Shown here piece by piece: positions 61,151-64,000 of a stretch of 64,000 nucleotides of DNA. Below the pieces are notes generated by a model, which ran no database searches, was not told the DNA's origin, and saw only the letters and a program-made list of their open reading frames with translations. A program made the position numbers and the translations under genes. This DNA is from an uncultured Armatimonadia bacterium (GTDB lineage Bacteria > Armatimonadota > Zipacnadia > CAVVLO01): assembly GCA_963749155.1 (NCBI GenBank), contig CAVVLO010000005.1, positions 320,001 through 384,000 of the forward strand, given 5' to 3'. Numbering within the stretch: position 1 is the stretch's first letter; each line of letters begins with the position of its first letter.

Positions 61151-62580
61151 AGTCTCGCTTCTTGTTTCTTATACTTGTTGGACTGTTTGGGCTTGCTGGC
61201 TCGGTGTTTGCCCAGGAGGCGCCAGCCTCGGCGCCGCTTACCCTTACCGAGGTGCGTTATTCCGATTCGCCCGAGCAGCTTCGGCTGGTGTTCGATATTT
61301 CTGGCCCCTTCGAATATGCCGAGCGCACCTCGCCCAACCTGCTTTCCTTGCGAATCAAAGCGACTCTGAGTGATCAGGCGCTGGCTGGGCTGGAGGCCGT
61401 CAAATCGTGGATGCTGGTCGATACCGAGGCAACTCGGACTGACGGCGCGACCATAATCGAACTGACTCATGTAGAGTCTACCTTCACGCCCAAGGTGTTC
61501 GTCCTGCACGAGCCTGAACGGCTGGTCGTGGATTTTTGCAAGTTGTTCAACTGGCGCGATGAGGAAGAAGTGCGCCCAGGCCTGAAACTGGTGCGAATTG
61601 GCCGCGGCACCCCTGATGGGCCGGTCCGAGCCTGGGCTTTGGTCGTCTCCCACGAGGCCAAAGACCTTTCACTAGGCGCTCTGATCGCCGATGAGACCAT
61701 CTGGAAGCGCCGCCCTATCGACCAGATTGCACGCGCGGCGGGCGCTTACGCCGCCATAAATGGGGGATATTTCACCTGGCAGGGGCCAGCGGTCGGCCTG
61801 GTCTATACGAAGGGCCGGGTCGTAGCCTGGCATTACGGCAACCGCACTGCCCTCGCCCAGGACAAGACGGGCAAATTTCATATTGGCGCCTATCAGGCGA
61901 AGGGCCAGGTCGTTATCGGCGACAAGACCTTGCAAGCTAAATTGGTGAACTCCTCTCAGGTCTTTACAGGGGGTGTTACAATCCTGACTCCCGAATGGGG
62001 TGACAAGACTCCCAAAGTTGAAGGTGGCGTTGTCTTCACCGTGCGCGAGGACAAGCTGGTCGCGCTGACCAAAGAGCCCGTTGAACTCGACCTGCCGCCC
62101 GATGGCTGGGCGGTCTCTATGCTGGCTGAAGTTGCCAAAACGCTTCCCGAACTGAAGCCAGGGATGAAAGTCGAAATCACAACTGGAATTAGTCCCGCAA
62201 TCAAAGATGTCGTCTGGGCTCTTGGTGGAGGGCCGCGCCTGCTGACAGAGGGCAAATCGGTGGCGGCTGAAGACCGAGAAGGCTTCGGAGAGGCCTTCCA
62301 TATGAACTTGCATCCGCGCACTGCCTTCGGATTGACCGCCAAGGGAGACCAGGTGCTGATTGTTGTGGATGGTCGTCAACCTTGCTGGAGTATCGGCATC
62401 AACCTGCCGAATCTGGCGAAGCTGATGAAAGAAGACCTGGATTGCTTGCAGGCGCTGAACCTCGATGGAGGCGGCTCATCGGCCCTCTACCTGGATGGAA
62501 AATTGCTTAACAGACCTTCGGACGGCACATGCAGGGCAGTCTCGAATGGTCTTTGTCTTTGGGCTCCCCCTGAGGACTGA
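61147..62580 (+). CDS. Secreted phosphodiester glycosidase (NAGPA family) with an AMIN-like N-terminus
   Basis: Signal peptide; RLVFD/PERLVVD AMIN motifs; AINGGYF, GGGP.L, HPRTA.G, VVDGRQ, NLDGGGS, NRPSDG. Confidence 0.88.
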   Translation: MKSRFLFLILVGLFGLAGSVFAQEAPASAPLTLTEVRYSDSPEQLRLVFDISGPFEYAERTSPNLLSLRIKATLSDQALAGLEAVKSWMLVDTEATRTDGATIIELTHVESTFTPKVFVLHEPERLVVDFCKLFNWRDEEEVRPGLKLVRIGRGTPDGPVRAWALVVSHEAKDLSLGALIADETIWKRRPIDQIARAAGAYAAINGGYFTWQGPAVGLVYTKGRVVAWHYGNRTALAQDKTGKFHIGAYQAKGQVVIGDKTLQAKLVNSSQVFTGGVTILTPEWGDKTPKVEGGVVFTVREDKLVALTKEPVELDLPPDGWAVSMLAEVAKTLPELKPGMKVEITTGISPAIKDVVWALGGGPRLLTEGKSVAAEDREGFGEAFHMNLHPRTAFGLTAKGDQVLIVVDGRQPCWSIGINLPNLAKLMKEDLDCLQALNLDGGGSSALYLDGKLLNRPSDGTCRAVSNGLCLWAPPED

Positions 62581-62595
62581 TTTTTGCCTGGCAAT

Positions 62596-62640
62596 AAAAA
62601 GGGCGGAGCCACTAGAGGCTCCGCCCTTGGCTTGTCTTTT
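62596..62640. terminator. Bidirectional terminator between convergent genes
   Basis: AAAAA-GGGCGGAGCC/GGCTCCGCCC-TT stem. Confidence 0.75.
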
Positions 62641-64000
62641 TACTGACGCCAGGTGAGCTTGAAGGCCAGCCCGGCAGGTTCGTCGATATACTTCAGCAAC
62701 AAGGTCTCGCCTTCGACCATGAAGTCACACTTGCGCGGCTTGCCGTCTGCGCCGAGGGCTTCCACCGAGGCTACCTCGCGTCCCGCCAGGCCCAGGCGCG
62801 CGCGCGCATCGCAGTTGGCAGGACCTGAAACCAGCAGCTTCAGTCCAGCCTCATCTGCCTGTTGCCAGTTGAGTTTCGAGGTTATCCAGAGCACTGTTGG
62901 GGTGGGCGCTGAGAGTTCTGCCGACACATCGCGCAGCAGGCAATGCTCTTCCTGCCCGAGGACAAGCTCCTCTATAAGGCTGAGTTCGGGATCGAAGATA
63001 TTGATAAACGTCCCGCTCAGCCTGCGCTGGCCTTCCCATTGCTTGCAGAGGGTATAAGGCCCGCGCTGCAGAAGCAGCCCTTGCTGGTCGGCCTCCGCAG
63101 GGGCGCTGAGCCCTTGTTCCTGCAAGGTCAAAGCCAGCAAGCGCTGCACCAGTTCAGCGCCCTGGGGCGTCTTCGCGGTAAGGGCGGGATTTACTCCCAG
63201 GAACCAGAGTTGCCCAGCGTCGACCGCGCGATGGAATCCAACCGCCTTGCCTCCCTGCCCTGCGGTCAGCAAGGTCTCAGCCTCAGCACAGGGATAAGCG
63301 CTGACGCGAGGAGAACCACTGGAAGGCAACTCGTCAAAGCCTCCGGTCAGCAGCGAGCCGGCCGGGACGACCAGCGAGCGAGCTACCGCGCGTGGTTCGG
63401 TGTCCGAGACGCTGACTCGATACTGGTTCTGGATCATCAGTCGCACCATAAGGCGTTGGCCCTTGGGGAAGGTGAAACCATATATCCAGAACCGGTCACC
63501 ATCGGCAAAACGTATTCCGTTGTAGCCCGAGCCATGATCTACAGCGACGTAGGGAGCCTCTTCGGGACTGCCTGTCAGGAAGCTTGTTGCAAGCTGGCCG
63601 TTAACCCAGATTTCCACCTGCTCTACCGCGGCGCCCCAGCCGTCCTCGGGGAGAGTGTCCTCAAACTTGATGAAGGCCTGACCAGTCGAGGCAATCTGAG
63701 CAGAGAGTTCAAGGTCGATCCAGCCCCGATTATCTCCGTTGCGGCCGGTGTAGTCGCTTTCAAGGGCGGTGACATATTCGCCCTCGACTGCCCCGTCCGT
63801 ACCCAGGTTGTCGCGCGCCGCGACCTCGACTCCAAGCTGGGCAAGGAGTTCATCCTGAGGAGAAGCGAAGCCCGCAGCCTTCCACCACTCGTCCACTTCG
63901 TCGAAAGCATCGCCCGCGCCAAAGAGGACGAGGGTGCCGCCTGCCTTTACCCAGTCGGCCAGGGCTGCATTGACTGCGGCCTCCAGCGGTTTCTGCCCGT
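62640..64000 (-). CDS. C-terminal part of a large carbohydrate-active-like protein (class I glutamine-amidotransferase-like/beta-galactosidase trimerisation-type region); gene starts beyond the window
   Basis: Frame is open to the window edge (ALADWVKAGGTLVLFG); contains the KFED..EDGWGA / PEEAPY / RFADG module. Confidence 0.6.
   Translation of the reverse strand, partial: GQKPLEAAVNAALADWVKAGGTLVLFGAGDAFDEVDEWWKAAGFASPQDELLAQLGVEVAARDNLGTDGAVEGEYVTALESDYTGRNGDNRGWIDLELSAQIASTGQAFIKFEDTLPEDGWGAAVEQVEIWVNGQLATSFLTGSPEEAPYVAVDHGSGYNGIRFADGDRFWIYGFTFPKGQRLMVRLMIQNQYRVSVSDTEPRAVARSLVVPAGSLLTGGFDELPSSGSPRVSAYPCAEAETLLTAGQGGKAVGFHRAVDAGQLWFLGVNPALTAKTPQGAELVQRLLALTLQEQGLSAPAEADQQGLLLQRGPYTLCKQWEGQRRLSGTFINIFDPELSLIEELVLGQEEHCLLRDVSAELSAPTPTVLWITSKLNWQQADEAGLKLLVSGPANCDARARLGLAGREVASVEALGADGKPRKCDFMVEGETLLLKYIDEPAGLAFKLTWRQ

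Overview
A high-GC (roughly 60%) bacterial chromosomal segment of mostly core and sugar-catabolic genes. Gene content suggests an Armatimonadota-like lineage (inference only). In order, it holds: an HspR-type heat-shock operon (dnaK-hsp20-hsp20-dnaJ-hspR-clpB/C-like, no grpE) with two HAIR-like operators; tRNA-Ala(GGC) followed by REP-like palindromic repeats and a small GIY-YIG nuclease; a UroD-family/glycyl-radical-enzyme/ribokinase operon; secreted glycosidase-like proteins; a DUF6785/6784-like membrane protein; three tandem PilT ATPases; alr; a sigma-70 factor with a degenerate GGDEF-like C-terminus; sugar and amino-sugar catabolic clusters; amrS-maf-mreBCD; trpE-GD-C-B-A; a degenerate DeoC; recO; mpg; and a NAGPA-type protein. 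About 12 frameshifts, some in conserved housekeeping genes, most likely reflect long-read indel errors. The best novelty candidates are the sigma-GGDEF fusion, the tRNA/REP/GIY-YIG module, a circularly permuted extracellular module shared by two genes, a recurring sigmaH-like promoter motif and a hybrid ClpB/ClpC. All family calls come from motif recognition by eye; no database searches were run.
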